Shown in pieces: positions 1-9,219 of a DNA stretch of 32,000 nucleotides (positions are counted from its first letter, which is position 1; each line of letters starts with the position of its first letter). The stretch is from contig JAPZAR010000007.1 of NCBI GenBank assembly GCA_027460535.1, positions 30,001-62,000 on the forward strand, in the 5' to 3' direction. The position numbers and the translations under genes were made by a program. Source of the DNA: Candidatus Methanoperedens sp. GTDB lineage: Archaea > Halobacteriota > Methanosarcinia > Methanosarcinales > Methanoperedenaceae. Under the pieces are notes generated by a model that did no database searches, was not told the DNA's origin, and saw only the letters and a list, made by a program, of their open reading frames with translations.

Positions 1-1209
1 AACGTGAGTTCGATATACGACGATTCGGCTGCACTGAGAGATGACCTGAAATTCGTGGTCGATAATATCGATTCCACGGATGCCTCATTGTTTGCCATCC
101 AGACAAATTTGCAAGGGACTTATAATCTGACTTGTGGTGGTCCATCAGCGCCGCAGTGCGTTTCACTTGCCGGCACCATCAGGCAGGTACAGGATACAAG
201 AGCCCTACTGCTTGAAAGGACTGACCGTATCAGGTCTCTTTACAACGGTCTTGTGAATGTAGCCCAGAAAGGTGCGGAATTGCACCAAAAATTGAACGAG
301 ACTGACACGCGGCTTCAAAATATGCAGGGGTCTATAACCAATTACACGGCTGAGATCTCAGGTATATCTGGAAATATCACAAATATCGAATCTGCGGTCA
401 TCACCCTGGGAAATGTGAAGGACAGTTCAGCCAACCTCTCCCTCCAGATGGGAAACCTGACCTCTGAAATATCCAACGGAACATCCAATCTATCATCGGA
501 TATTGCCTGGACGAAAAGCGTTTTAAGCGAAGTGATCAAGAAGTCACCCGCTGCTATTGCCGCCCCAATTAAATTGGAAAGGGAGTCGGTTTTCAGCGAC
601 AGGTCATATCTTGACTTCCTGATGCCCGCAATTATTTCAATTGTGCTGATGTTCGTTTCATTCCTTCTTGCATCCATAACAATCGTCCAGGAGAAGTCGA
701 AGAAGACCCTGATCAGGACGCTTTTGACACCCCTATCTTTAGAAGAATTTATCCTCGCAAAGACATCTGCGCTCATCTTTATCGCCCTGCTGCAGGGAAT
801 TATCATGATCGTCGTGGCCTACGTGCTTTATGGAATAGCGATACCGGTCAACCAGCTCGGTCTCCTTTTCCTGGTGATACTCATATATTCGGCCTGCTTC
901 ATAGGGATCGGCATGGCAGTTGCAACGTTTGCGGAATCGGAGAATACGGCCATGCTCTCATCCCTGGTGCTGAGCATACCCATGCTTTTCCTCTGCGGCG
1001 TTTTCTTCCCGTTCGAGACCATGCCCCAGCTGATGGCTGCTCTTGGCGGCGCTCTTCCGATCACATTGGGCATCAAGGCGCTGGAATCTGTCCTGATTTA
1101 CCAGAAAGGGTTCGATGTACTCGCTGGATATCTTGTGCCACTCATTGCATACGGTTTAGCTGGATTGGGGTTGGCGTACCTGCTATTGAGAAAAGAGGTC
1201 AGGGATTGA
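1..1209 (+). CDS. ABC-2 type transporter permease with a large N-terminal extracytoplasmic region (YhgE/Pip-like), 5' truncated by the window edge
   Basis: The frame is open from nt 1, so the GTG at 4 is probably internal. The N-terminal ~190 aa are polar and N/S/T/L-rich. The C-terminal ~200 aa carry about 6 hydrophobic spans, as in ABC-2 permeases. An ABC ATPase gene follows after 24 nt. Confidence 0.6.
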   Translation, partial: NVSSIYDDSAALRDDLKFVVDNIDSTDASLFAIQTNLQGTYNLTCGGPSAPQCVSLAGTIRQVQDTRALLLERTDRIRSLYNGLVNVAQKGAELHQKLNETDTRLQNMQGSITNYTAEISGISGNITNIESAVITLGNVKDSSANLSLQMGNLTSEISNGTSNLSSDIAWTKSVLSEVIKKSPAAIAAPIKLERESVFSDRSYLDFLMPAIISIVLMFVSFLLASITIVQEKSKKTLIRTLLTPLSLEEFILAKTSALIFIALLQGIIMIVVAYVLYGIAIPVNQLGLLFLVILIYSACFIGIGMAVATFAESENTAMLSSLVLSIPMLFLCGVFFPFETMPQLMAALGGALPITLGIKALESVLIYQKGFDVLAGYLVPLIAYGLAGLGLAYLLLRKEVRD

Positions 1210-1233
1210 ATTTCCCTCTGTTACAAAAAAATT

Positions 1234-2106
1234 ATGGTTCTATACGCATATGAAGAAGCCATGGTCCCCAATCCCGTTGTCCGCATCAGTCACGTCTCTT
1301 TGGTACGGAACAATAAAACCGTCCTGCAGGATATCTCCTTCTGCATTAATCGAGGCGAGCACTGGTCGATATTGGGACCAAACGGCTCGGGAAAGACAAG
1401 CCTTGTAAGTATAATCAACGGCTATCACCAGCCCTCCGAAGGAGAAACATGGGTTCTGGGAAAAAAATTCGGATCTACCGACCTTCGGGAACTGCGCAGA
1501 AATATCGGAGAATGCAGTTCCGAGATACGGGATATGGTACATGATTGGGAATCTGTCAATGATATCGTGCTATCAGGCAGGTTCGGCAGTATAGGTCTTT
1601 ATGAATCCCCATCCATGGCAGACCTTGAACGCTCTTCCTTTCTGATGGAATTTTTTGGATTGTCGGGGGACAGGCAGTTCAGAACGCTTTCGTTCGGAGA
1701 ACAGCAGAAGACCCTGATCGCCAGGGCAATGATGCCTGAACCTGATTTACTGGTGCTGGACGAGCCATGCGCAGGGCTTGACCCCAGGGCAAGGGAAGAA
1801 CTTCTGGATGCGGTGCAGGAAATGTGTCTCATGCCAGGTGGCCCGACATTGATCTATGTCACTTACCATATTGAAGAGATAATGCCTGCCATAACCCATA
1901 CAATGGCGCTGCGGGATGGGAGTATTGTTGCATGCGGTCCAAAAAAGGAAGTGCTTACAGGTGAAGTATTGAGCAGGACTTTTGACCTGTCCATCTGCCT
2001 CAATGAAAATGGAGGACGCCTATGGCCTGTGATATTGAAAGGCCGGGTCGCGGCTAAAAATAGATCTCAGCGGTCTTTTTCAACATTATCGCAAAATCTT
2101 AAATAA
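1234..2106 (+). CDS. ABC transporter ATP-binding protein
   Basis: Walker A GPNGSGKTS, signature-like LSFGEQQK, Walker B LLVLDEP and an H-loop region TYHIEE. It lies directly downstream of the permease. An alternative start is ATG 1261. Confidence 0.85.
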   Translation: MVLYAYEEAMVPNPVVRISHVSLVRNNKTVLQDISFCINRGEHWSILGPNGSGKTSLVSIINGYHQPSEGETWVLGKKFGSTDLRELRRNIGECSSEIRDMVHDWESVNDIVLSGRFGSIGLYESPSMADLERSSFLMEFFGLSGDRQFRTLSFGEQQKTLIARAMMPEPDLLVLDEPCAGLDPRAREELLDAVQEMCLMPGGPTLIYVTYHIEEIMPAITHTMALRDGSIVACGPKKEVLTGEVLSRTFDLSICLNENGGRLWPVILKGRVAAKNRSQRSFSTLSQNLK

Positions 2107-2131
2107 ATCAGCTAATAATACCTGTCCACTT

Positions 2132-2485
2132 ATGGCATGGTTCGATGTGGATATATTCAGGAAATGCATCGAGGTAGACCTGCATTGCTATTCCCATAGA
2201 ACTGCGCTGATTGCTGCGCGCGAGAAAATACAGGAGGCCTATGAACACGGGTTCAGGCATATCAGGCTGATCCACGGCTCAACGAATATCAGGAATAACG
2301 GAGACGGGGGAAGTATAAAATTTGCGCTTCGCTCCATGTTGAAGAAAGGCGCGCTCGAAAAGTGGGTGGAGGAAAAGGATTCCAAGAACCACAGGGTAAG
2401 TGACGGGTCAATAATTCTTGCTCTTCGTAAAAACCCTGCACCGATGAATCAGGAATGGAAAGAGATGCCGTTGGATGAATATTAA
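2132..2485 (+). CDS. Smr-domain protein (small MutS-related nuclease family)
   Basis: The 117-aa protein reads EVDLHCYSHRTALIAAREKIQEAYEHGFRHIRLIHGSTN. This follows the Smr pattern DLHG...(A/G)xxx(I/V)IHGxG, with both motifs slightly variant (DLHC, HGST). Confidence 0.5.
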   Translation: MAWFDVDIFRKCIEVDLHCYSHRTALIAAREKIQEAYEHGFRHIRLIHGSTNIRNNGDGGSIKFALRSMLKKGALEKWVEEKDSKNHRVSDGSIILALRKNPAPMNQEWKEMPLDEY

Positions 2486-2596
2486 GGGGATTCAGATATG
2501 GTAAAGCTGACACAATGCGGCTTTTTATAATCATGTCAGAAGACCTGAAGGAAATCCAGGAATTTGTCAAGAAGATTTTAATTTATTTCTCATGAA

Positions 2597-3127
2597 TTAC
2601 TGATTTCTTACGAATTTGAATTCCCACAGGCTCCCGCCCTTTATCTCCTTTTGCTTCAGGTGCTCTATCTCATGGGCTATGTCGTAAGCAGTTGACCCGT
2701 CAAATACCAAATCCTTTTCTGCAAGTTCTTCTACATTTATTTCTTTTTTGAGTGGATGGACGGTCGCTTTAATGATGCGATCGCTCGTGACCTTGACCCT
2801 GTACGGGCGCCTGACCAGCAGCCTTACTTCCTCTTCGCCGCATTTCTCCAGCCTGTGGACGAGTCCCTCTTCTTCTTTTAGGACGGGATTTACGAACAGG
2901 TATATTTCCTCGAGGGAATAACCAAGTCTTTCTTCGTCATCGTAAATTGTGGTTTTGTCCAGGATGGCTATGGTCCTTATGTTCTCCGAGGAATAACTGT
3001 AATCGCCGCCGTCCCTAAGAGAGAGAAGGAGCGGTAGAAAGGCGTCGCTGGGGATGTCGAAGCTTGAAATGAGTTCTTTCTCGGCGCGGGTGAAGGCGAG
3101 TATTTGCCTGAGATTTTCGGTGTCCAT
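2597..3127 (-). CDS. Hypothetical cytoplasmic protein (176 aa), function not recognised
   Basis: A long ORF with normal composition, divergent from the GTPase gene across a 62-nt AT-rich spacer containing TTAATATAT. I could not assign any motif. Confidence 0.55.
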   Translation of the reverse strand: MDTENLRQILAFTRAEKELISSFDIPSDAFLPLLLSLRDGGDYSYSSENIRTIAILDKTTIYDDEERLGYSLEEIYLFVNPVLKEEEGLVHRLEKCGEEEVRLLVRRPYRVKVTSDRIIKATVHPLKKEINVEELAEKDLVFDGSTAYDIAHEIEHLKQKEIKGGSLWEFKFVRNQ

Positions 3128-3189
3128 TCATTAAGTTAATATATCTTATTACATAACCATTTTATCCCACCATCACCTCTTAAGCCTCA

Positions 3190-4155
3190 ATGATATTCGA
3201 AAAAATCCCCACAGTCCCCACCTCTGAAGAACTCCTGGACAAGTCCTTCCGCCGCGCCGCGCGCGCCAAGCATGGAAAGCGCATACTTGACCGCGCATCC
3301 AAGCTCAAAGCCGAGGAATCCATGCTTCTCACCGCGGCCAACATACTCAATGATAACCTGGTGAATGTTGTCAGGAAATTCCCGAGCCTGGACGGGATAC
3401 CGCCTTTCTATCTGGAACTTGCAGATATACTCGTGGGCGTGGAAGAGATGAAAATGAATCTCGCCTCGGTGCAGTGGGCGGGGACCAAGATAAATGAGCT
3501 GGCACGAAAGTACGTTGGGATGATGCGTGATGCCGAGGATGCGAAGGTGGTGCGAAAGCAGGCGTTCGGGCGCATCTCCTCTATCGTGGACAGCATAGAC
3601 GGAAACCTGCGATTCCTGAATAATGCAAGGAATAAGCTTCGGAAACTTCCCGCCATAGATGAGGGGCCTGCAATAGTCATTGCCGGTTATCCCAATGTGG
3701 GAAAATCCAGTTTTGTTGCGCTTGTGAGCAGCGCGCACCCTGAGATAGCCCCGTATCCCTTCACCACAAAAGGGCTGGCAGTAGGGCACTTTGAACGGAA
3801 AAGGGTGCGATACCAGGTAATAGACACCCCGGGGCTTCTTGACCGTCCCCTTGAAGAGAGGAATGAAATAGAACTTCAGGCAATTTCTGCGCTCAAGCAT
3901 GTTGGAAAAGTCATGCTCTACATAGTCGATCCCTCCGAGACCTGCGGCTATACTCTTGAAAAGCAGATGCATCTTCTGGAGGAGATAAAAAATGAGTTCA
4001 ATATCCCCATGATAGTCGTAGCGAACAAGACAGATATTTCCGCCCCGGCCGAGGGTGTGGATATGAGTATGTCCACGCTGACAGGAGAAGGAGTGGATAC
4101 GGTTCTTGAGCGGCTTATAGAAATGATCCCTGAAGCTCGTCAGGATAACATTTGA
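3190..4155 (+). CDS. NOG1-family GTP-binding protein (archaeal Nog1/Obg-like GTPase)
   Basis: G1 GYPNVGKSS, G3 DTPGLLDRP and G4 NKTD. The N-terminal helical region is as in NOG1 N-terminal domains. Length 321 aa. Confidence 0.8.
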   Translation: MIFEKIPTVPTSEELLDKSFRRAARAKHGKRILDRASKLKAEESMLLTAANILNDNLVNVVRKFPSLDGIPPFYLELADILVGVEEMKMNLASVQWAGTKINELARKYVGMMRDAEDAKVVRKQAFGRISSIVDSIDGNLRFLNNARNKLRKLPAIDEGPAIVIAGYPNVGKSSFVALVSSAHPEIAPYPFTTKGLAVGHFERKRVRYQVIDTPGLLDRPLEERNEIELQAISALKHVGKVMLYIVDPSETCGYTLEKQMHLLEEIKNEFNIPMIVVANKTDISAPAEGVDMSMSTLTGEGVDTVLERLIEMIPEARQDNI

Positions 4156-4399
4156 AGGAAACTTAATCGCTCAACTGGAGAAGCAGCATAAAAAAGCGAT
4201 AGGTGAAACACAAGCAAGGATTAAACGGTTGAAGGAATCAGGGAAATAATAAACCCCTATATTTCTACTGCAATTTATAAAAATCAATAATATACATTTG
4301 GATAATTCACATGTGTATGTAACGAGTTAAACTTTTATACTTTATTAGTATATTATTATATCCATTATTTAAAGGAATGAAAAGAAGGAGAAAAACTAA

Positions 4400-4564
4400 A
4401 TGATGACAAAAATAGTTCATGTCCAATCAGTATTACTATATGAAGATACCATTGCATTAAAGGAAAAAACAGGTGAGTCCTCCATTAAAGAGGCTATTTC
4501 AAAGGCAATTTACCATTATTTAAAATGCCAAAATTCTGATGGAGATAAAAGCAAAAATACTTAG
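4400..4564 (+). CDS. Small (54 aa) ribbon-helix-helix-like protein, absent from the ORF track
   Basis: Hand translation: MMTKIVHVQSVLLYEDTIALKEKTGESSIKEAISKAIYHYLKCQNSDGDKSKNT, stop TAG 4562-4564. GGAG at 4387-4390 lies 9 nt before the ATG. The strand-helix-helix pattern resembles CopG/RHH proteins. Confidence 0.4.
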   Translation: MMTKIVHVQSVLLYEDTIALKEKTGESSIKEAISKAIYHYLKCQNSDGDKSKNT

Positions 4565-4690
4565 GAAAACTTATCTTCTTTTATCATCCTTCTTTTTACT
4601 TCTACCGTTTTTGCATCTTTTAGGGCATTTCTCTCCTGCTATAGTCTCAATAAGATATATAAACAATCATTCGTTAATATACTAACAATT

Positions 4691-4846
4691 ATGCAAGGAA
4701 TATACGAAGGCTATCCAGTAATGCTTCATGATAGAGCTTGGACTGTAATCCTTACTTTATCGCAAGATAATACAGGCACAACTCATTTTGACAGAGCCAT
4801 AGAACTCATTAAACATTCTGGACAGGCATCTGTCGTGAGGAATTAA
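4691..4846 (+). CDS. Small (51 aa) hypothetical ORF, absent from the ORF track
   Basis: Hand translation: MQGIYEGYPVMLHDRAWTVILTLSQDNTGTTHFDRAIELIKHSGQASVVRN, stop TAA 4844-4846. There is no obvious SD. It is the only other open stretch in the AT-rich island. Confidence 0.2.
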   Translation: MQGIYEGYPVMLHDRAWTVILTLSQDNTGTTHFDRAIELIKHSGQASVVRN

Positions 4847-5068
4847 GGGATAATGACAATATTTTTTCAAAAATTTCCTTCCACAGATACCATATACTTT
4901 TATGCATTAAAAAGAATGTGAGAAGTTAATAAATGTCATTAAAGGCATTCAAGATAGAATATGATAAAAATGGTTTACAAAAGAGGGAAGTCGCGAGACC
5001 GAGACTGATACTAATATTAATAATGCTGTTAACGGTAAATTAGTATTCATTGAGAATCTGGAGCATTA

Positions 5069-7408
5069 ATGCCAATAGGTGTATATATCTGCCACTGCGG
5101 GTCGAACATAGCAGGAACCATTGATGTCGAGGACGTCAGGAAACATGCAGAAAAGCTGAAAGACGTAGTGGTAGCAAGGGACATACCTTTCGCGTGCGGC
5201 GACTCCGGGCAGGAGCAGGTCAAAAAAGACATCGAGGAGCTGAAGCTTGACAGGATAGTAGTGGCCGCATGTTCTCCACGCCTGCACGAAGTCACTTTCA
5301 GGCGCGTGCTTGAACAATCTGGCCTTAATCCCCATCTTCTTGAGATGGTCAATATCAGGGAGCAGGGTTCATGGGTACACTCAAATACCAACAGCATGGC
5401 GACGCAGAAAGCAAAAGATCTCGTAGCTATGGGCGTGGCAAAGGCCGCGCTTCTCTCCCCCCTCGAAAAAAAGACGCTTCCAGCGAACAAGGATGTGCTT
5501 GTTATCGGGGCAGGAGTTGCGGGTATAGAGGCAGCCCTTTCCCTGGCTGATATCGGAGTAAAAGTCCGACTGGTTGAAAAGGAACCGACCATCGGCGGCA
5601 AAATGGCGCTGATGAACGAGGTATTCCCTACCAACGACTGCTCGATGTGCGTTCTGGCTCCCAGGATGTCAGATGCACAGAACCATCCAAACATTACCCT
5701 GTATACCTATTCAGAGATAAAGAAAATCGAGGGCAGAGCGGGGAATTTCAAAGTAACAGGAATTAAAAAGCCGCGCTACATCGATGAGAAAAAATGCAAG
5801 GGCTGTATCGACATCTGCGCCCAGGTCTGCCCCATCGATGTACCAAACCAGTTCGATTTCGGGATAGGAAAGCGAAAGTCCATCTACATACCTTTTGCGC
5901 AGGCCGTGCCGCTGGTAGCATGCATAGACGAGCATTGCGTGGGCTGCGACCTGTGCAGGCTTGCATGCCCTGCCGAGGCAGTGGATTTCACACAGAAGCC
6001 GGAGGAGTTCGAGTTCAATGTAGGGGCGATAATCGTTGCAACAGGCTATCAGCCCTTTGATGCCGCGCGGAAGGAAGAGTATGGTTATGGCAGGTACAGG
6101 GATGTCATAACCAGCCTGGAGCTTGAGAGGATGCTGAACTCTGCAGGGCCAACACACGGCAGGGTGATCTCGCCATCCACGGGAAAGGATGTGAGAAGCG
6201 CCGCCTTCATCCTGTGCGTTGGTTCGCGTGACGAACAGGTGGGAAATCCCTATTGCTCCAAGGTGTGCTGCATGGCATCAATAAAGAACGCCGTCAAGAT
6301 CGCTGAAAAATATCCTGATGCGAAAGTCTCAGTGCATTACATTGATATCAGGGCAGGCGGCGAGATGTATGAGGAGTACTATAGACGCGCCCAGGAGATG
6401 GGCGTCTCGTTCGTACGCGGGCGCGTGGCTGAAGTAGAAGAATCCGACGGGAAAACGATAATCCATTATGAAGATACTCTTTCAGGAGAGAAATGCCATG
6501 AGGAATACGATCTCGTTGTGCTCGCCATCGGCATGGAGGCGAACAAAAACGCAGAGGCGCTGGGAAAGATGCTGAACCTCTCCACGCGACCTGACCGCTT
6601 CTTCCAGAGCTCCCATCCCAAGATGCGCCCGGTGCAAACACATACGAAGGGCGTATTTATTGCAGGTTGCGCCTCTGGTCCGAAGGAAATACAGGTATCC
6701 ATAGAGCAGGGGAGTGCGGCCGCAGCCAAAGCCGTTAGCCTTCTCCATACGGGGGAGATAGAGATCATGCCCATGAGTGCATATGTACTCCCTGAGCTTT
6801 GCGAGGGATGCGGGATATGTGAAAACGTATGCGAGCTGGGACGCATCAAGGTAATCGACGGGAAGGCAGTCGTGGACGAGGTGGCATGCAGGGGATGCGG
6901 CGCATGCAGTGCCGCATGCCCGAACGGTGCGATACAGCTTGGAAGTTATACGGACGAGCAGATAATGGCGCAGATACAGGAAGCCACCCGGGTGATCAGT
7001 GAGTATCCTCTGGTGATCGGGTTCCTGTGCCACTGGTGCAGTTACGCGGCTGCTGACCTTGCGGGTTCCCTGCGCCTTCAGTATCCCACGAACCTGCGCA
7101 GCATCAGGGTTCTTTGCGCGGGCAGGGTCAATCCCTCCTTTGTGCTTGAGGCGCTGCGGCGTGGGGCTGATGGTGTGCTTGTGGCAGGATGCAGGCTCGG
7201 GGAGTGTCACTACACCATAGGTAATACTTGCGCCCTGCAGAGGATGAACGTGCTTGGAAAACTGCTCGTTGACCTTGGATTTGATGAGCGGCGGCTTCGC
7301 GTTGAGTGGATCGCCGCAAGTGAAGGAGAGAAGTTCGCCGGGATAGTGAAGGACTATGTTCAGCAGCTAAAAGAACTCGGTCCGGTCGGCAGCGAGCTTA
7401 AGCGGTGA
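5069..7408 (+). CDS. hdrA: Heterodisulfide reductase subunit A fused to an MvhD-like domain (HdrA-MvhD)
   Basis: N-terminus MPIGVYICHCGSNIAGTIDV. FAD fold VLVIGAGVAGIEAALSLADIG. Four ferredoxin-type Cys motifs: CKGCIDICAQVCP, CVGCDLCRLACP, CEGCGICENVCE and CRGCGACSAACP. The C-terminal ~135 aa (nt 7001-7405, PLVIGFLCHWCSYAAADLAG...GCRLGECHY) are MvhD-like. GGAG lies 5 nt upstream of the ATG. Confidence 0.9.
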   Translation: MPIGVYICHCGSNIAGTIDVEDVRKHAEKLKDVVVARDIPFACGDSGQEQVKKDIEELKLDRIVVAACSPRLHEVTFRRVLEQSGLNPHLLEMVNIREQGSWVHSNTNSMATQKAKDLVAMGVAKAALLSPLEKKTLPANKDVLVIGAGVAGIEAALSLADIGVKVRLVEKEPTIGGKMALMNEVFPTNDCSMCVLAPRMSDAQNHPNITLYTYSEIKKIEGRAGNFKVTGIKKPRYIDEKKCKGCIDICAQVCPIDVPNQFDFGIGKRKSIYIPFAQAVPLVACIDEHCVGCDLCRLACPAEAVDFTQKPEEFEFNVGAIIVATGYQPFDAARKEEYGYGRYRDVITSLELERMLNSAGPTHGRVISPSTGKDVRSAAFILCVGSRDEQVGNPYCSKVCCMASIKNAVKIAEKYPDAKVSVHYIDIRAGGEMYEEYYRRAQEMGVSFVRGRVAEVEESDGKTIIHYEDTLSGEKCHEEYDLVVLAIGMEANKNAEALGKMLNLSTRPDRFFQSSHPKMRPVQTHTKGVFIAGCASGPKEIQVSIEQGSAAAAKAVSLLHTGEIEIMPMSAYVLPELCEGCGICENVCELGRIKVIDGKAVVDEVACRGCGACSAACPNGAIQLGSYTDEQIMAQIQEATRVISEYPLVIGFLCHWCSYAAADLAGSLRLQYPTNLRSIRVLCAGRVNPSFVLEALRRGADGVLVAGCRLGECHYTIGNTCALQRMNVLGKLLVDLGFDERRLRVEWIAASEGEKFAGIVKDYVQQLKELGPVGSELKR

Positions 7409-7412
7409 TTTC

Positions 7413-8711
7413 GTGAGCGAAGAAAAACTGGAAGTAGCAGTAGAGAGCGAAGTCAAAGACACTCATTTTCTCTTCACCCAGAGAACGGGGAAATCCAAGA
7501 AGCTCCTTGATTATGATTATAAACGATGCAACGGCTGCGGGATTTGCATTGATATCTGCCCAAAAAAAGCTATCGAACCCGGTCCGCTGATCGAAATAGC
7601 CACGGGACTGGACGCGCCGCCGGTTATCATCGACCATACCAAATGTTCATTCTGCGGCATGTGCGCCGCCTTCTGTCCCGTGAAGGCTGTCCGAATGTCT
7701 GTGAACGATAAGGACCTGCTTGGATTAACAGAGTTCCCGCATCTTGATTCAAGCGTTGTCTTTAATGATAAATGCCTCCCCTGCCTGCTCTGCAAGAAGG
7801 CATGCCCCGAGGAAGCTATCAGCGTTGATCTCACATTTGCGAAAAAAGAGACCGCTGCGCCGTTTCGGGCGGGCAGGAAGGGTCAGATCGAGGTGGACAT
7901 GGATAAGTGCACCCTGTGCGGCGCATGCGCGGAGCTTTGCCCTGCGTTCGTTCTCGTTGAGAAAAAGGCAAAAGCGGACGATCTCATGCCTTTTGAGAAC
8001 CTGCTGGTAGACCGGGAGAAGTGCGATTACTGCGGTATCTGCGTGCCTTTCTGCCCTGAGGATGCCATAAAGGTTAAGGGTGAGTTCTTCGGGGAGGAGC
8101 CGAAGCTCGCGGGCACGATCAAAGTGGATAATGATAAGTGTACCAGATGCGGCTGGTGCGAAGCCGTCTGCCCGTACGATGCTGCTGAGGTAAAAAAACC
8201 CTTCGAGGGCGAGATAGAACTCATTCCAGGCAAACTTGAAGGCTGCGATCCTGTGGGATGTCATGGCTGTTTCAATGTCTGTCCTTCAAAAGCATGGATC
8301 ATCCCGAAGGATAAGAAAATAGATGTTGTCCGGGATTTCTGCACCTACTGCGGCGCATGCGAGAAGGCGTGCCATGTAAAGGCTATCGGGGTGAAAAGGA
8401 CGGCAGCAAAACATACCGAAATAGCGGATACGCCTTGGGCGCCTGACTGGAAAAGCGCGATCTTAAGTCTCACCACGCAGCAGAGAGGACGGCCCGACAT
8501 CTCTCATACCTTGAGCGTGGAGAAAGTCGAGCGGAAGAACGGCCCTCCGAACGTCAGGCCGGAAGTTAACCTTGATTACAGGAAGTCAGCCTCTGAAAGG
8601 ATAGAGCGGATATCCTCGCTCCTGGGAAATAAACAGGTAAGGAGCGCATGGGAGAGAAAAGAGCCGGGGGCTGCGGTGAATGAGATAAAGAGAAAAATAA
8701 GGCACGAATGA
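7413..8711 (+). CDS. Polyferredoxin (MvhB-like), about 8 [4Fe-4S] binding motifs
   Basis: Eight CxxCxxCxxxC(P/H)-type motifs: CNGCGICIDICP, CSFCGMCAAFCP, CLPCLLCKKACP, CTLCGACAELCP, CDYCGICVPFCP, CTRCGWCEAVCP, CHGCFNVCP and CTYCGACEKACH. The GTG start is 4 nt after the hdrA stop, with GGTGA overlapping that stop. The Cys-free C-terminal tail is ~90 aa. Confidence 0.85.
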   Translation: MSEEKLEVAVESEVKDTHFLFTQRTGKSKKLLDYDYKRCNGCGICIDICPKKAIEPGPLIEIATGLDAPPVIIDHTKCSFCGMCAAFCPVKAVRMSVNDKDLLGLTEFPHLDSSVVFNDKCLPCLLCKKACPEEAISVDLTFAKKETAAPFRAGRKGQIEVDMDKCTLCGACAELCPAFVLVEKKAKADDLMPFENLLVDREKCDYCGICVPFCPEDAIKVKGEFFGEEPKLAGTIKVDNDKCTRCGWCEAVCPYDAAEVKKPFEGEIELIPGKLEGCDPVGCHGCFNVCPSKAWIIPKDKKIDVVRDFCTYCGACEKACHVKAIGVKRTAAKHTEIADTPWAPDWKSAILSLTTQQRGRPDISHTLSVEKVERKNGPPNVRPEVNLDYRKSASERIERISSLLGNKQVRSAWERKEPGAAVNEIKRKIRHE

Positions 8712-8931
8712 TAAGGCGCCTAAAGGAAGGAGTTATCGAAATAATATTGAAGCGAATGGAGGAAATAAAATAATCGATGAATATATCAAAATTGATGAAT
8801 TTGTTGAAGCTGTTAAAATATTATTAAAAACTGTTTAAAATTAGAGCTGATTGAATGACGAAATCTAAAGAGAGATCATTAATTGTCTCCCAGGACAAGA
8901 GTTTATTTCTCATTAAAAGAAGGTTGCATAA

Positions 8932-9219
8932 ATGAATGAGCAAATAATCGAAATAAAAGATAAAATCCTCAATGCACTCAGGCGGAATGATGTTAAACGT
9001 GCCTCCCTTTTTGGTTCTGTTGTAAGAGGAGAATTGACAGATGAGAGCGATATAGATCTTCTCGTTGAGTTTAGAGGCAGAAAAAGCCTACTTGATCTTG
9101 TAGGATTAAAATTAGAGCTCGAAGAGGTATTGAAAAGAAAGGTTGATGTCCTTACATACAATTCCCTGCATCCTCTTTTAAAGGATAGGATACTTCGCGA
9201 ACAGGAAGTGATACTATGA
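8932..9219 (+). CDS. mntA: Minimal nucleotidyltransferase (MNT) antitoxin of an MNT/HEPN pair
   Basis: LFGSVVRGELTDESDIDLLVEF matches the GSxxRG...DxD polymerase-beta-type NTase motif. Length 95 aa. The gene overlaps the next one by ATGA. Confidence 0.85.
   Translation: MNEQIIEIKDKILNALRRNDVKRASLFGSVVRGELTDESDIDLLVEFRGRKSLLDLVGLKLELEEVLKRKVDVLTYNSLHPLLKDRILREQEVIL

Noticed and set aside
3187-3972. 261-aa minus-strand ORF antisense to the GTPase gene, and similar antisense ORFs at 342-806, 5047-5694, 6482-7210, 7749-8264, 11451-12068, 12387-12905, 18975-19541, 19399-20042 and 20418-20978
   Set aside because: These are shadow ORFs opposite genes with clear catalytic motifs. Their products are low-complexity and R/S/P/A-rich, with no motifs.
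5069-7408. Selenocysteine or pyrrolysine recoding in hdrA or neighbouring redox genes
   Set aside because: The ORFs are uninterrupted. There is no in-frame TGA or TAG, and I saw no split ORF pairs that recoding would join.
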